In this document: positions 22,940 through 36,012 of the stretch, one piece after another
Layout of the letters: each line of letters begins with the position of its first letter
Numbering within the stretch: position 1 is the stretch's first letter
Assembly: GCF_028368995.1 (NCBI RefSeq)
Contig: NZ_JAQNDL010000002.1
Location: 160,001-224,000 of the forward strand
DNA from: Nannocystis bainbridge
GTDB lineage: Bacteria > Myxococcota_A > Polyangia > Nannocystales > Nannocystaceae
Length of the DNA stretch: 64,000 nt
Direction: 5' to 3'
Notes under the pieces: model-generated
What the model saw: only the letters and a program-made list of their open reading frames with translations
What the model was told of the DNA's origin: nothing
The model's database searches: none
Program-made: the position numbers and the translations under genes

Positions 22940-23114
22940 CGAAATCCCCTGTCCGTGGCTCGGTCGCCGACGGGGGCCGGCGAGCGTGTGGCCGAAGGCT
23001 AGCACAGCCCGGGCGGGGCGCGACCGTCGGGCCGGTCGTCGGCGGCGCGAGGCGTCGAGGGTCGGGGCGGGTACGGGGCTCATCCGTGGCTCGCAGGGGA
23101 CCGCGCGATCGGGA

Positions 23115-23218
23115 TGCTTCATGGGACATGTAGAGAGGCATGTTTGATAGGACATGTCTTTAAGGGCATGTCTTTGGAGGCGTCGAATAATGTCCTTAAG
23201 GACATGTTCCGAAGGTCA
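23115..23218. repeat. Array of about seven 14-bp units in a divergent intergenic region
   Basis: Units at 23115, 23129 (12-bp variant), 23141, 23155, 23169, an 8-nt gap, then 23191 (TGTCC-TTAA-GGACA) and 23205. Confidence 0.9.
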
Positions 23219-23538
23219 CGCTCGCGCGGCGGTACGACCCGCGACGATCGCCTCGGGGACGCGCGGGCCTCGACGCGGCCGGGGTGCCGGCGCGGCAGGT
23301 CCTGCGGGGTCTCCATGCGCGCGAAACGATCACGACCGCCGATGTGGACGCGGCGCGTGACGCGTCCGCGGATGGGTCGCGTCGTGCTCCAGATTTGGGC
23401 GCCGCCGTTGGGATCCCGCGTACGGTGAATCCGGTGCACGCGGCTTCATCGGGCCTGCTCCGAGCCTGCGGGCGGCAGCGGTCGGAGCGCTGGCCACGCC
23501 GGGGGTCATCGTCGACGGATCGTGATACGTAGGGGCAC

Positions 23539-25962
<2,424 letters not shown>

Positions 25963-26008
25963 ATCTCGCCGCCGTTGCCAGCGCCGCGGTCATGGCCTAT
26001 GACCGGGC

Positions 26009-27160
26009 GTGCGCATGCTTTGTCGGATCCGTCATTCGTCGTTGTGGGCAGCGCTGGCCGTCGCCGCCCCCGGTTGCTTCCTGCTGGACGGTGAAGCGAG
26101 CCCCGTCGAGCACACCCTCGCGCTCTCGACCGGCATCGACCTGGCCTACCACGAGCTCGGCGATCCCGACGGCGACGCGGTCATCTTCCTCCACGGGTAC
26201 ACCGACACCTCGCGCTCGTTCATGCCGACGGCGCTGGCGCTGCATGAGCTCGACGACGACTATCGCCTGTACGTGCTCGACCAGCGCGGCCACGGCGGCT
26301 CGTCGATGCCGCCGGCGTCAGCGTGCGCGGCCGCGCCGGAGCAGTGCTTCGCGCCGGCCGAGCTCGCCGCCGACGTGATCGCGTTCATGGACGCCAAGGG
26401 CATCGCCCGCGCCTCGATCGTCGGCCACTCGATGGGCAGCTTCGTGGCCCAGGAGCTGGGCCTGTCGCACCCGCAGCGGGTCGACAAGCTGGTCCTGATC
26501 GGCACCGCGGCGGGCGTGGCCGGCAACGTGGTGCTGCAGGACTACGTGCTCGCCGATCCGGTCGAGGGCGCGTGGAAGGCCGGCTTCGAGGCCCAGGGCC
26601 TGCAGTTCCCGGAGGACGTGTACGAGCTCGATCCGCTCGACGCCGAGGCCGACGCGCAGGCGTGGATCGAGGGCGCGTGGGTGGTCGACCCGGCGGCCGA
26701 CCCGGCGTTCCTGGCCGCGATCGCGGCGGAGACGGCGGCGACGCGCATGGGCACGTGGATCGGCGCGGCCCGGGCGCTGCTGCAGACCGACAACACCACC
26801 CGCCTGCACGACCTGAGCGTGCCGACGCTGATCCTGTGGGCCACCCAGGACGGCTTCTTCCCCGACGACCCCGACCAGCAGGCGCTGCGCGCCGCCCTCG
26901 ACGTCGCGGTCGACGCCTGCAAGCTCGAGTACTGGTTCAAGCAGTACGGCAAGCGCCCGCTCGCGCCCGACGGGGTGCAGGTCGACGACCTCGGCCACAA
27001 CACGCAGTGGGCCGCGCCCGCCGAGGTGGCCCGCGACCTCAGGGCCTACCTCGACACCGGCAAGCCGACGAAGGACTGGTACTACTCGGCCGACGGCGAT
27101 CCGCAGGACATCGTCACCCAGAAGAAGGCCGCGCCGCTGATCCACGGCAAGTGCGAGTGA
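26009..27160 (+). CDS. Secreted/lipoprotein alpha/beta hydrolase
   Basis: FLHGY, DQRGHGGS, GHSMG nucleophile elbow, C-terminal GHN; hydrophobic N-terminus ending in Cys. Confidence 0.88.
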   Translation: MRMLCRIRHSSLWAALAVAAPGCFLLDGEASPVEHTLALSTGIDLAYHELGDPDGDAVIFLHGYTDTSRSFMPTALALHELDDDYRLYVLDQRGHGGSSMPPASACAAAPEQCFAPAELAADVIAFMDAKGIARASIVGHSMGSFVAQELGLSHPQRVDKLVLIGTAAGVAGNVVLQDYVLADPVEGAWKAGFEAQGLQFPEDVYELDPLDAEADAQAWIEGAWVVDPAADPAFLAAIAAETAATRMGTWIGAARALLQTDNTTRLHDLSVPTLILWATQDGFFPDDPDQQALRAALDVAVDACKLEYWFKQYGKRPLAPDGVQVDDLGHNTQWAAPAEVARDLRAYLDTGKPTKDWYYSADGDPQDIVTQKKAAPLIHGKCE

Positions 27161-27198
27161 CTCGCGGGCGCCTGGCGCGCTCGCTCATGAAACCGAGA

Positions 27199-27282
27199 TG
27201 TCCGAAAGGACATGTTTGATGAGGCATGTCGCTTCGAGCATGGCTCTTCGGACATGCCTGAACAGGCATGTCCGAAAGCCCA
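27199..27282. repeat. Array of six 14-bp units between convergent genes
   Basis: Units at 27199 (TGTCC-GAAA-GGACA), 27213, 27227, 27241, 27255 (TGCCT-GAAC-AGGCA), 27269. Confidence 0.93.
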
Positions 27283-27289
27283 GGCGGCC

Positions 27290-28267
27290 TCAGACGTACT
27301 CGATCTCGATCGCCAGGTCCGGGCCCGCGGGCAGGCGGGTCACGCGGCAGTCGTACGGGTACGTCGCGTGCCAGCGGGCGAACCCGTGGCACAGCGTCTG
27401 GACCGCGCGCAGCCAGCGGGTCACCGCCTCGACGCGGGGGAACTCGGCGCGCAGCAGCTGCGACGCGCCGGTCAGGCCACACAGGCTCTCGTCGTGCAGC
27501 GCCTCGACCTCGGCGGCGGCGGCGGCCGGGCTCAGGCCCTCGTTGTAGAGCATGCAGCCGAGCAGGTTGGGGCGGTGCGAGGCCAGGTCCTCGGCCACGC
27601 CGACCAGGTCGTCCTGGACGGCGACCAGGCGGGCGGCGTAGCGGCGGACCGCGGCGTGGGCCGGGTGGCTGCGGACCGCCAGCGGCAGCGGACAGTCGCC
27701 GACGTACTCGAGGAAATCGATGGCCGGGGCCACGCCGACGCTGGCGACCCGGATCGGCAGCAGGTCCTGGCGCGCCGGGTAGGCCGCGTCGGCCTCGAGC
27801 TTGGCGCGCCAGTGCGCCTCGCAGCGGCCCGCGTCGAGCCAGTCGGCGAAGTCCTCGGCCAGCCGGCCGCACCAGGCCGGGCCCATCGCCGTGCGGCAGC
27901 GCCGGGCCACCTCCCACCACGCGCGCAGAGCCGCCGGGGTGCTCGTCGGCAGGTCGTCGCTGCCGCGCACCGCCGCCAGCAGCTCGGCCTCGGGGAAGCC
28001 GACCTCCTCGCCGAGGAGAGCCCAGAAGGTCAAAAATCGCAGGGCCGTGGCGGCGCGCTGCGGGTCGGCGGCGAGCGTCGGCCAGCCGCCGAGGCGGGCG
28101 ACCGCGAGGCCGCGGAAGCCGGAGCCGCCGAGCAGACGCGGGCCCGGGCTCAGGAGCTCTTGCAGGCCGAGGTCGCCGGGTGAAAACCAAGGCAACGGAT
28201 AACGCAGCGTCACCTCGATCGCCAGCTCGGCCGTCATCCGTGATCGATCGTCGCTTGGGAACTTCAT
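27290..28267 (-). CDS. Class I terpene-cyclase-like protein with degenerate metal-binding motifs
   Basis: Layout resembles bacterial terpene synthases (IRVASVG, FLEY, HP, QDDLVGVAED, NL, WHATYPY), but DDxxD, NSE and RY are altered. Confidence 0.6.
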   Translation of the reverse strand: MKFPSDDRSRMTAELAIEVTLRYPLPWFSPGDLGLQELLSPGPRLLGGSGFRGLAVARLGGWPTLAADPQRAATALRFLTFWALLGEEVGFPEAELLAAVRGSDDLPTSTPAALRAWWEVARRCRTAMGPAWCGRLAEDFADWLDAGRCEAHWRAKLEADAAYPARQDLLPIRVASVGVAPAIDFLEYVGDCPLPLAVRSHPAHAAVRRYAARLVAVQDDLVGVAEDLASHRPNLLGCMLYNEGLSPAAAAAEVEALHDESLCGLTGASQLLRAEFPRVEAVTRWLRAVQTLCHGFARWHATYPYDCRVTRLPAGPDLAIEIEYV

Positions 28268-28654
28268 GCTGGGAGGAGGTGGGGAGGGAGGGTCCGCCCC
28301 GACGCCCGAGACCGGCGCCCTCGGGCCCGGAGCGCCGGCGAATTGTCCTCGGCTGGATCGATGGCCAGGACGTGGTCGAACCCGTGCGAGTCCGGGTCAC
28401 GACACGAGAAATGCTCCCGGTCGTCCAGTGAGCGACACCACCGGGCCTTTCGGATCACGGCGATCACGGGTCCGCGAGGCGGAGACGTTGGGAAGCCAAT
28501 TTGTCGCTCCAAGCCCCCATTTAGGGGCTTTGCGTGCATTCTGTCGCGAAGGCGAGACGACGCAAGTTTTTCGACCGGACGTCGTGTCGCAGATCAGACC
28601 GAGGTTCACGGTCGCCGCGGACGGCTGTCCTCCGGGCGAGGACTGAGCGGCCGA

Positions 28655-29788
28655 TCAGGGCGCCGACAGAGGCCCGGCGGACGTCGTCGAGGTGTCGGCC
28701 GTCGCGGAGGGTACGTGGACCACCCGCTGTGGCAGCGGGATCACGAGGCCCTCGCGGCGCAGGCGGATCAGCAGGCGCTTGACCATGGCGGTGGTCAGCG
28801 GGTTGCGGTCGACGAAGTTCTGGATCGGCACGAACAGGCGGACCTCGAGCGACCACTCGCCGACGCGCAGGCGCATGGCCGGGGCCACCTCGCGCAGGCC
28901 GGGCAGGACCTCGCGGGCCTTCCGGACCTCGTCGAGCAGGATCGCCTCGAGCGCCTCGGGGTCGACGTCGAGGCCGACGCGGAACGGGACCTCGATCCAC
29001 ATGGTCGGGTCCGGCCGGCTGAAGTTGGTCATCATCGCCTCGCCGAGGCGCTTGTTGGGGATGAAGATCAGCAGGTCGTCGAGCGTGCGCAGGGTCGTGG
29101 TGCGCCAGCCGATGTCGGCGACGAAGCCCTCCATCTTGGCGTCGACGCTGATGAAGTCGCCGACCCGGATCTGCCGCGAGGCGGTCAGGTTGACGCCCGC
29201 GAACACGTTGGCGAGCGTGTCCTGGAAGGCCAGCGCGACCGCGAGGCCGCCGACCCCGAGGGCCGTCAGGGCCGGGAACACCGACACGCCGAACAGGCCG
29301 AGGATCGCGCCGCCGCCGAGCAGCAGCAGCACCGAGTTGATGATGTACTTGATGAGGGTCGTGCCGCCGCCGGCCGGCGATTGATTGCGGCCGACGACCT
29401 CGGACACGATCCGCATCAGCGTCAGCGTCACCGACAGGGCCAGCAGCGCGAACGTGACCTTCTCGCCGAAGGCGATCGAGCGGGCCTTCCACGGCATGTC
29501 GGGCAGCGCCGAGAGCAGGCCGCCGAGCAGCGCCCACAGCAGAGCCCGGTCGCGCAGGCGCGCCGTGATGATGTCGTCGATGACCCACTCGTTCTTGGCG
29601 CTGGCGCGGACCAGCAGCGGCAAGACGATGAACCGCAGCAGGAGTCCGAGCAGCAGCGCGAACGTCAGCTCGGCCGCGACGTCGGCGTAGCCGCGCGCAG
29701 CCTTGGGCAAGATCTCGAGCGCGACCCATTGCAGCTGCGGCAACGGGAAGATCGCGTCGTCCATCGGGGCGGTCAGAAATTCGATCAC
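28655..29788 (-). CDS. mscS: Small-conductance mechanosensitive channel family protein
   Basis: ALGVGGLAVALAFQDTLANVFAG, IRVGDFI, IGWRTT, IPN; GTG start overlaps the pilD stop. Confidence 0.92.
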   Translation of the reverse strand: MIEFLTAPMDDAIFPLPQLQWVALEILPKAARGYADVAAELTFALLLGLLLRFIVLPLLVRASAKNEWVIDDIITARLRDRALLWALLGGLLSALPDMPWKARSIAFGEKVTFALLALSVTLTLMRIVSEVVGRNQSPAGGGTTLIKYIINSVLLLLGGGAILGLFGVSVFPALTALGVGGLAVALAFQDTLANVFAGVNLTASRQIRVGDFISVDAKMEGFVADIGWRTTTLRTLDDLLIFIPNKRLGEAMMTNFSRPDPTMWIEVPFRVGLDVDPEALEAILLDEVRKAREVLPGLREVAPAMRLRVGEWSLEVRLFVPIQNFVDRNPLTTAMVKRLLIRLRREGLVIPLPQRVVHVPSATADTSTTSAGPLSAP

Positions 29789-30750
29789 GGCGAAACGAGC
29801 GCGGCCCACAGGCCTTCGATGTGCTCGCGGAGGAACATATACTCGAAGGCCGCGAGCGCCAGGAAGGGCCCGAACGGGACGCGCGCCCCGAGCACGCCGT
29901 CGTCCGGGTCTTCGTCGCCGAGCTCGGGGTCGTCGCCGTGGACCTCGGCGAGCGCGGTGTTGGCCACGCCCCGCCCGAGCAGCAGCATCGGCACGGCGAC
30001 GAGGAGGCCCTGGATCGCCCCGGCCGCGAGGGTCCACATCAGCCCGCGCGCGCCGGCGAAGGCGCCGACCATGCACAGCAGCTTGCCGTCGCCGAGCCCG
30101 AGCGCCTCGATGCCGCGGAAGCGCAGGTAGACCCAGCGCAGCCCGGCGATCAGCAAGTAACCGCACGCGGCCGCGAGGCCCGCCTCGAGGATGCCGACGC
30201 CGAGCGTGGCCGGGCTGGCCGCGGCGACCACCAGGCCGAGGCCGGCGATCGGCAGCACGACCTCGTCGGGGATGATCCACACGTCGAGGTCGGTGTACGT
30301 GGCGATCAGCAGGCCGAGGCCGAAGCAGAACCACAGCAGCCACGCGAGCAGGCCGGGTGGGCCGCCCTGGACCATCGGCCGCAGCACGAACTGCAGGTAG
30401 AGCGTGAAGCTGAGCACGCCGCCGAGCAGCTCGACGACGAGGTAGCGCAGGGCGAACGGCTCGCCGCAGCGGCGGCAGCGCCCGCGCAGCAACAGGTACG
30501 AGAGGATCGGGATGTTGTCGTACCAGGCGATCGGGTGCTCGCACGCGGGGCAGGCCGAGCCCGGACGGACGACCGACAGTCCGCGCGGCAGGCGCCAGAT
30601 CGCCACGTTGGCGAAGCTGCCCCACAGCGAACCGAAGAGAAACGCCAACCACGGCGCCCAGGGGGCCATCAGGGCCTGCACCAGGACCGGATGGGTCTCG
30701 ACCAATTCGAGGGTCTCCGGGCCCTGGAACATCAGCAGCGGCTCGAGCAT
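29785..30750 (-). CDS. pilD: Prepilin peptidase (A24)
   Basis: GSFANVAIWRLP, SACPAC, WYDNIPILSYLLLRGRCRRC, TDL, LGLGDGKL, PFGPFL. Confidence 0.95.
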   Translation of the reverse strand: MLEPLLMFQGPETLELVETHPVLVQALMAPWAPWLAFLFGSLWGSFANVAIWRLPRGLSVVRPGSACPACEHPIAWYDNIPILSYLLLRGRCRRCGEPFALRYLVVELLGGVLSFTLYLQFVLRPMVQGGPPGLLAWLLWFCFGLGLLIATYTDLDVWIIPDEVVLPIAGLGLVVAAASPATLGVGILEAGLAAACGYLLIAGLRWVYLRFRGIEALGLGDGKLLCMVGAFAGARGLMWTLAAGAIQGLLVAVPMLLLGRGVANTALAEVHGDDPELGDEDPDDGVLGARVPFGPFLALAAFEYMFLREHIEGLWAALVSP

Positions 30751-30807
30751 CGGGTGGCCCGGATCCTACGCGATCCGGCCCGCGCTTGTTCCTGTTATCC
30801 TCCGCGC

Positions 30808-31779
30808 GTGCCAGCGCCCTCGATCCGGCCGGTCCGCGGCCTCGCCCTCGCGCTCGTGCTCGCGGGCGGGCCCGCCTGCGGCGGCGACGACGACGACAAC
30901 CTGCCGGTCGCCGAACCCGCCGCCCTGCCGCCCCGCCCCGGGGCCGAGCACAAGAGCCAGGAGGAGCAGGCCCGCGCCGGGGTCGACGCCCTGCTGGCGA
31001 CCCCGAGCCCGGCGACCCTGCTGGCGGTGCTCGGCCAGAGCCACGCCGTCGCCCGCGCGCTGCTCGGCCGCCACACCCTCAAGTACACCGCGGAGTTCAG
31101 CCTCACGCCGGTCGAGCCGGTGCGTCCCGCGGTCGATACGCCGGTGCTGCTGGCGCAGAAGGTCGTCGACGAGCTCGATCTGCAGTGGGCCGCCGGGGCC
31201 GGTGAACCTGTCCGTTTCTACCTGTCCCAACATACCGATCAGCACCGCGGCCGCGAGCTCGTGGTGATCGACGAGACGGCCTACACGCGGCTGATGCACC
31301 GCGCCTGGCACGTGCGCCCGCTCGACGCCGACCTCCACCAGCGCTGGCTCGACGAGGCCCAGCGCAGCGTGCACGACGTGGTCGAGCTGGCCGCGCCGGC
31401 GCTGGCCGTGGCCGCGGCCGACGAGGGCGAGACGGTGCGGGTGACGCTGTCGCTGGCCGAGCCGGGCGCGCGCGTGCCGGTGCCCGCGGGTGCGGCGCCT
31501 GGCCGGGAGTGGCGTGAGAAGGCCGAGCTCACCGCGATCGAGGGCACGCTGACGATCGAGCGCGCCACGGGGCTGTGGCAGTCGGCCGAGGTCCGCGTCG
31601 GCTACGGCGTCCGCGACGAGCTCGAGCGAGCGCTGGTCGGCGAGACCCACCTCACCGGCACCGCGGCTCGCACCCCGGAGCTCGAGCTCCAGGCGCCCGA
31701 GCACGTCCTGCCGCTGCCCGAGCGGGTCCGCTACGAGAGCGAGCGACGGCGGCTGCTCGACGGCCTCGCCGGCACCTGA
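30808..31779 (+). CDS. Hypothetical lipoprotein
   Basis: LALALVLAGGPAC lipobox after GTG 30808; beta-rich body. Confidence 0.75.
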   Translation: MPAPSIRPVRGLALALVLAGGPACGGDDDDNLPVAEPAALPPRPGAEHKSQEEQARAGVDALLATPSPATLLAVLGQSHAVARALLGRHTLKYTAEFSLTPVEPVRPAVDTPVLLAQKVVDELDLQWAAGAGEPVRFYLSQHTDQHRGRELVVIDETAYTRLMHRAWHVRPLDADLHQRWLDEAQRSVHDVVELAAPALAVAAADEGETVRVTLSLAEPGARVPVPAGAAPGREWREKAELTAIEGTLTIERATGLWQSAEVRVGYGVRDELERALVGETHLTGTAARTPELELQAPEHVLPLPERVRYESERRRLLDGLAGT

Positions 31780-31997
31780 GCGCGAGCTCGCGTGACGCGG
31801 GCGCGGCCCGAGGGCGCGAGGAGCCTGCACCGCGTCGGCGAGGTCGGGCGTGAGCGGGCGCGGGCCCGAGGGCGAGCGAGGCTCCGCCACGAAGCCACGG
31901 CTCCCGCGGGGGAGCGGGCGCCTCCGCGTGAGCTGACGCGCCCGCGTCCGAACCGGGGGCCTTTGCGGCGCCGCTCGCCCGCGCTAAAAGGCCACGC

Positions 31998-32738
31998 GTG
32001 ACGAAGCCTGCTCTCTCGCGCGCGGCCCTGCCGCCCGCCATCCAGCGCGCCCTCGACCTCGCCGTCGACGCCAAGGCCGCTGCGCCCGTCGTCCTCCAGC
32101 TCACCGACGTGGCCGGTTACACCGACTGGGCGCTGGTCGTGTCCGGCCGATCCGACCGCCACGTCGGCGGCATCACCGAGGCGATCATGGCCGGTCTCAA
32201 GGACCAGCAGCGGTCGCCGATCGGCACCGACGGCCTCGAGGAGCACCTGTGGGACCTCCTCGATTACGACGATTTCCTGGTCCACGTGTTTTACCACCCG
32301 GTGCGCAAGCACTACGACCTCGAGAGCATGTGGCGCGACGCGCCGCGGGTCGAGCTCGGGCTGCCTGAAGATGTCATGGACACCTCGGCGCTCGAGGGCC
32401 TGACGCCGCCGACCGACATGCCGCCGTTCCGCGGCGGCAGCTTCGGCGCGTTCCCGGGCGAGCTCGAGGACGAGGAAGAGCTGGCCGACGCGCCGGGTGA
32501 GCTGCCCGAGGGCGCCGAGGACGAGGAGCCCGAGGAGGGCGACGAGGACGAGGCCGCCGAGTACGACGAGCCCGACGACTTCGCCGACGAAGAGGGCGAG
32601 TACGCCTACGACGAGGGCGACGAGGGCGACGAGGACGACGACGCGCTGGCGGCCGAGGACCCGGACAGCGACGCGGCCCCGGCCGACGCGCCCCCGGCCG
32701 ACGCGCCCCCGGCCGACGTGCCCCCGCGGCGCAAGTGA
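31998..32738 (+). CDS. rsfS: Ribosome silencing factor with long acidic C-terminal tail
   Basis: DAKA...VSGRSDRHV...WDLLDYDDFLVHVF...RKHYDLESMWRDA; directly upstream of rlmH as usual. Confidence 0.92.
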   Translation: MTKPALSRAALPPAIQRALDLAVDAKAAAPVVLQLTDVAGYTDWALVVSGRSDRHVGGITEAIMAGLKDQQRSPIGTDGLEEHLWDLLDYDDFLVHVFYHPVRKHYDLESMWRDAPRVELGLPEDVMDTSALEGLTPPTDMPPFRGGSFGAFPGELEDEEELADAPGELPEGAEDEEPEEGDEDEAAEYDEPDDFADEEGEYAYDEGDEGDEDDDALAAEDPDSDAAPADAPPADAPPADVPPRRK

Positions 32739-32748
32739 GCGTTCGCCC

Positions 32749-33174
32749 GTGAAGATCAGCGTCGTCGCCGCCGGCAAGCTCAAGGACACCGCGCTCGTCG
32801 CGTTGTGCGCCGACTATGCTCGGCGCGTGCAGCCGTTCGTCACCGTCGAGACGCTCGAGGTGCGCGACCTGGCGGCTATCCGCGCCCACTGGACCCGCCA
32901 CGAGGGCGCGCGCGTGCTGCTCGACGAGCGCGGCGAACAGATCGCCACCCGCGAGCTGGCGCAGTGGATCGACCGCTGGCGCCGCGACGCCCGCGACGTC
33001 GCGCTCTACATCGGCGACGCCGACGGCTTCACCGTCACCGACCGCACTCAGGCGGACCGCCTGATGGCCCTGTCTCGCCTGACCCTGCCGCACCGGCTGG
33101 TCCGGCTGATCCTGCTCGAGCAGCTCTACCGCGCCGGCAGCCTGCTGGCGGGTCACCCGTACCACCACGGGTGA
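32749..33174 (+). CDS. rlmH: 23S rRNA (pseudouridine1915-N3)-methyltransferase
   Basis: GKLK, LDERG, IGDADG, LSRLTLPHRLVRLILLEQLYRA, GHPYH. Confidence 0.95.
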   Translation: MKISVVAAGKLKDTALVALCADYARRVQPFVTVETLEVRDLAAIRAHWTRHEGARVLLDERGEQIATRELAQWIDRWRRDARDVALYIGDADGFTVTDRTQADRLMALSRLTLPHRLVRLILLEQLYRAGSLLAGHPYHHG

Positions 33175-33177
33175 GGC

Positions 33178-33275
33178 TGTCCGAGCGGGCATGTCCCGAA
33201 GGGCATGTCTCGAAGGGCATGTGTTGGAGGGCATGCCCGAAAGAGCATGTTTGAAAGGACATGTTCAAAAGGCGA
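33178..33275. repeat. Array of seven 14-bp units
   Basis: Units at 33178,33192,33206,33220,33234,33248,33262; loops include CGAA x2 and GAAA x2; starts 3 nt after the rlmH stop. Confidence 0.95.
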
Positions 33276-33399
33276 GCCGACGTCGTCTGGACGCAAGCGC
33301 GACTCGTGACGGGCGGCGTGGCCCGCGTGTCCGCGTCTCCCTGCGCTGCCCAGGCGTCCTCCGCCTCGCCGCGGTCGCGCCTCGCGCCTCGGCCCGTCG

Positions 33400-34326
33400 G
33401 TGGTTTATCCTGCGCTCGCCGTGGACCAGCCGCCGCGCGGACAGCCCGACCTGCTCGCCCTCGTCGCGCGCCACGCGACGAGCGAGGGGCGGACCGACTC
33501 GCCGTACCCGGGCCTGTGGTTTTGGCGCGCCGATCGGCCGTTCAGCGGGCGCAAGTCGCAGGCGCTCACGCTGTCGCTGCTGGTGGTCGTCCAGGGCCGC
33601 AAGACCGCCAACTTCGGCGCGCAGGCCCTCACCTACGATCCGCTCCACTACCTCCTGCTCACCGGCGAGGGCGAGTTCGAGAGCGCCGTGATCGAGGCCG
33701 ACCCGGAGCGACCGTACCTGTCGCTCAGCGTCGCCATGCCGCCCGATGTCGTCGCTCGCACCCTGATCGCCCTGGCCGACAGCGAAGTCGGCGGCGGCGA
33801 CGAGCCGGCGCCCGCGTACGTGTCGCGGCTCGACGCCCCGATCGTCGGCGCCCTGTGTCGCTTGCTCGAGGCAGTCGGCGATCCGGCCGAGCGGACCGTG
33901 CTGGCGCCGCTCATCGTCGAGGAGATCGTGTTCCGCCTGCTGCGCTCCGAGGCGGCGGCGGTGCTGCGCCGGGCCGTGCGTCGCGGCGACGAGGCCCGGA
34001 TCCAGGAGTCGATGGCGTTCATCCGCGCCCACGCGAGCGACCGCCTGACCGTCGAGGAGCTGGCCCGCCGCGCCGCCATGAGCCCGTCCCACTTCGCCCA
34101 CCGCTTCCGCGCCGTCGCTCGCGTCAGCCCGATGCGCTACGTCAAGCACGTCCGCCTGCACGAGGCGCGCGCGCTGCTGCTCCGCGGCGCGCGAGCCGGC
34201 GAGGCCGCCGATCAGGTCGGCTACGCCAGCGCCTCGCACTTCACCCGCGACTTCAAGAGTTACTTCGGCGTCCCGCCGGCCGAGTACGCCCGCCGTCTGC
34301 ACGCCGCGCCCGGGCAGCCCGCCTAG
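33400..34326 (+). CDS. AraC family regulator (YqhC-like)
   Basis: VVQGRK N-domain, [21 protein letters not shown]...SPMRY...[14 protein letters not shown]. Start may be GTG 33421. Confidence 0.92.
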   Translation: MVYPALAVDQPPRGQPDLLALVARHATSEGRTDSPYPGLWFWRADRPFSGRKSQALTLSLLVVVQGRKTANFGAQALTYDPLHYLLLTGEGEFESAVIEADPERPYLSLSVAMPPDVVARTLIALADSEVGGGDEPAPAYVSRLDAPIVGALCRLLEAVGDPAERTVLAPLIVEEIVFRLLRSEAAAVLRRAVRRGDEARIQESMAFIRAHASDRLTVEELARRAAMSPSHFAHRFRAVARVSPMRYVKHVRLHEARALLLRGARAGEAADQVGYASASHFTRDFKSYFGVPPAEYARRLHAAPGQPA

Positions 34327-34343
34327 CTCGCGCGGCCCGCGGA

Positions 34344-34414
34344 TCGCAGGATCGGGCCGGCGTAGCGCCGCGCCCGTCCTCGCTGGTGCGTGCCTGCGTC
34401 TCGCAGGATCGGGC
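34344..34414 (+). promoter_or_regulatory. Direct repeat, probable AraC binding sites
   Basis: TCGCAGGATCGGGC at 34344-34357 and 34401-34414, between the AraC gene and its likely target. Confidence 0.6.
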
Positions 34415-34472
34415 AAGAGAAGCGCAGCGGTCGGCGTGGCGGCCGCGGGGGCTGTCGCATACACAGGAGGCC

Positions 34473-35459
<987 letters not shown>

Positions 35460-35722
35460 GCCAGCGGCCGGCGAGGGCGCGGTGGCCGGCCGAGCGAGCG
35501 GGACGCCGAGGTGGAGCGTACCTGTCCGATGGGACAGGCCGAATCCGATGTTTGCGAGGTCGTCCGCTCGCGCGATCGTGACGCCGCGATCGTCGCCGCA
35601 GGTCTGCTCGTGGTGCGGCCGCCGGTCGAGCGAGCAGCTCGCCGGGGAGCTCTGCAGGCCCGGGCGCCCGGGTTGCGAGAGGTGCTGTCGCGGTTCTGCG
35701 GCAGCGGTCGCGTGGGGCCGCA

Positions 35723-35783
35723 GGACATGTCTGTTTGGATATGTGCGAATGGACATGTCGTCATGAACATGTCCTGAGTTTTC
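35723..35783. repeat. Array of about four 14-bp units
   Basis: Junctions at 35726, 35740, 35754, 35768 (14-bp period); a solo perfect unit lies at 35523-35536. Confidence 0.85.
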
Positions 35784-36012
35784 GTCCGGGCGCCGCCGGT
35801 CGGTGCATCCCGCGCGAGCAGGGTCGGTGACGCGCCCGTCACCGGGATGTCGCCCGCCCGTGGTCCGGCGCCGCGGCTCACGCGCGGGCGGTCCGCGGCG
35901 ACGGACGGGCGTGCGCGCGCGATCGCGGGTGTACGCGCGAACGCGGCGCGTGGGGCTGCAGCAAAAGCGGCGCGGGCTTCCCGGGGCCCGAAGGACGCGC
36001 TAGACGACCCGC

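Noticed and set aside
28505-28535. Hairpin AAGCCCC-N6-GGGGCTT upstream of the terpene-cyclase-like gene as a riboswitch
   Set aside because: Only a 7-bp stem with no recognisable aptamer; it could be a terminator or operator, but support is insufficient.
33178-33275. Junctions read RRRCATGYYY, the p53 half-site, and contain RCATGY restriction/methylation sites
   Set aside because: Solo and intragenic copies keep TGTCC-N4-GGACA but lose CATG, and covariation spans the loop, so the decamer is a by-product of abutting units. A methylation role cannot be tested here.
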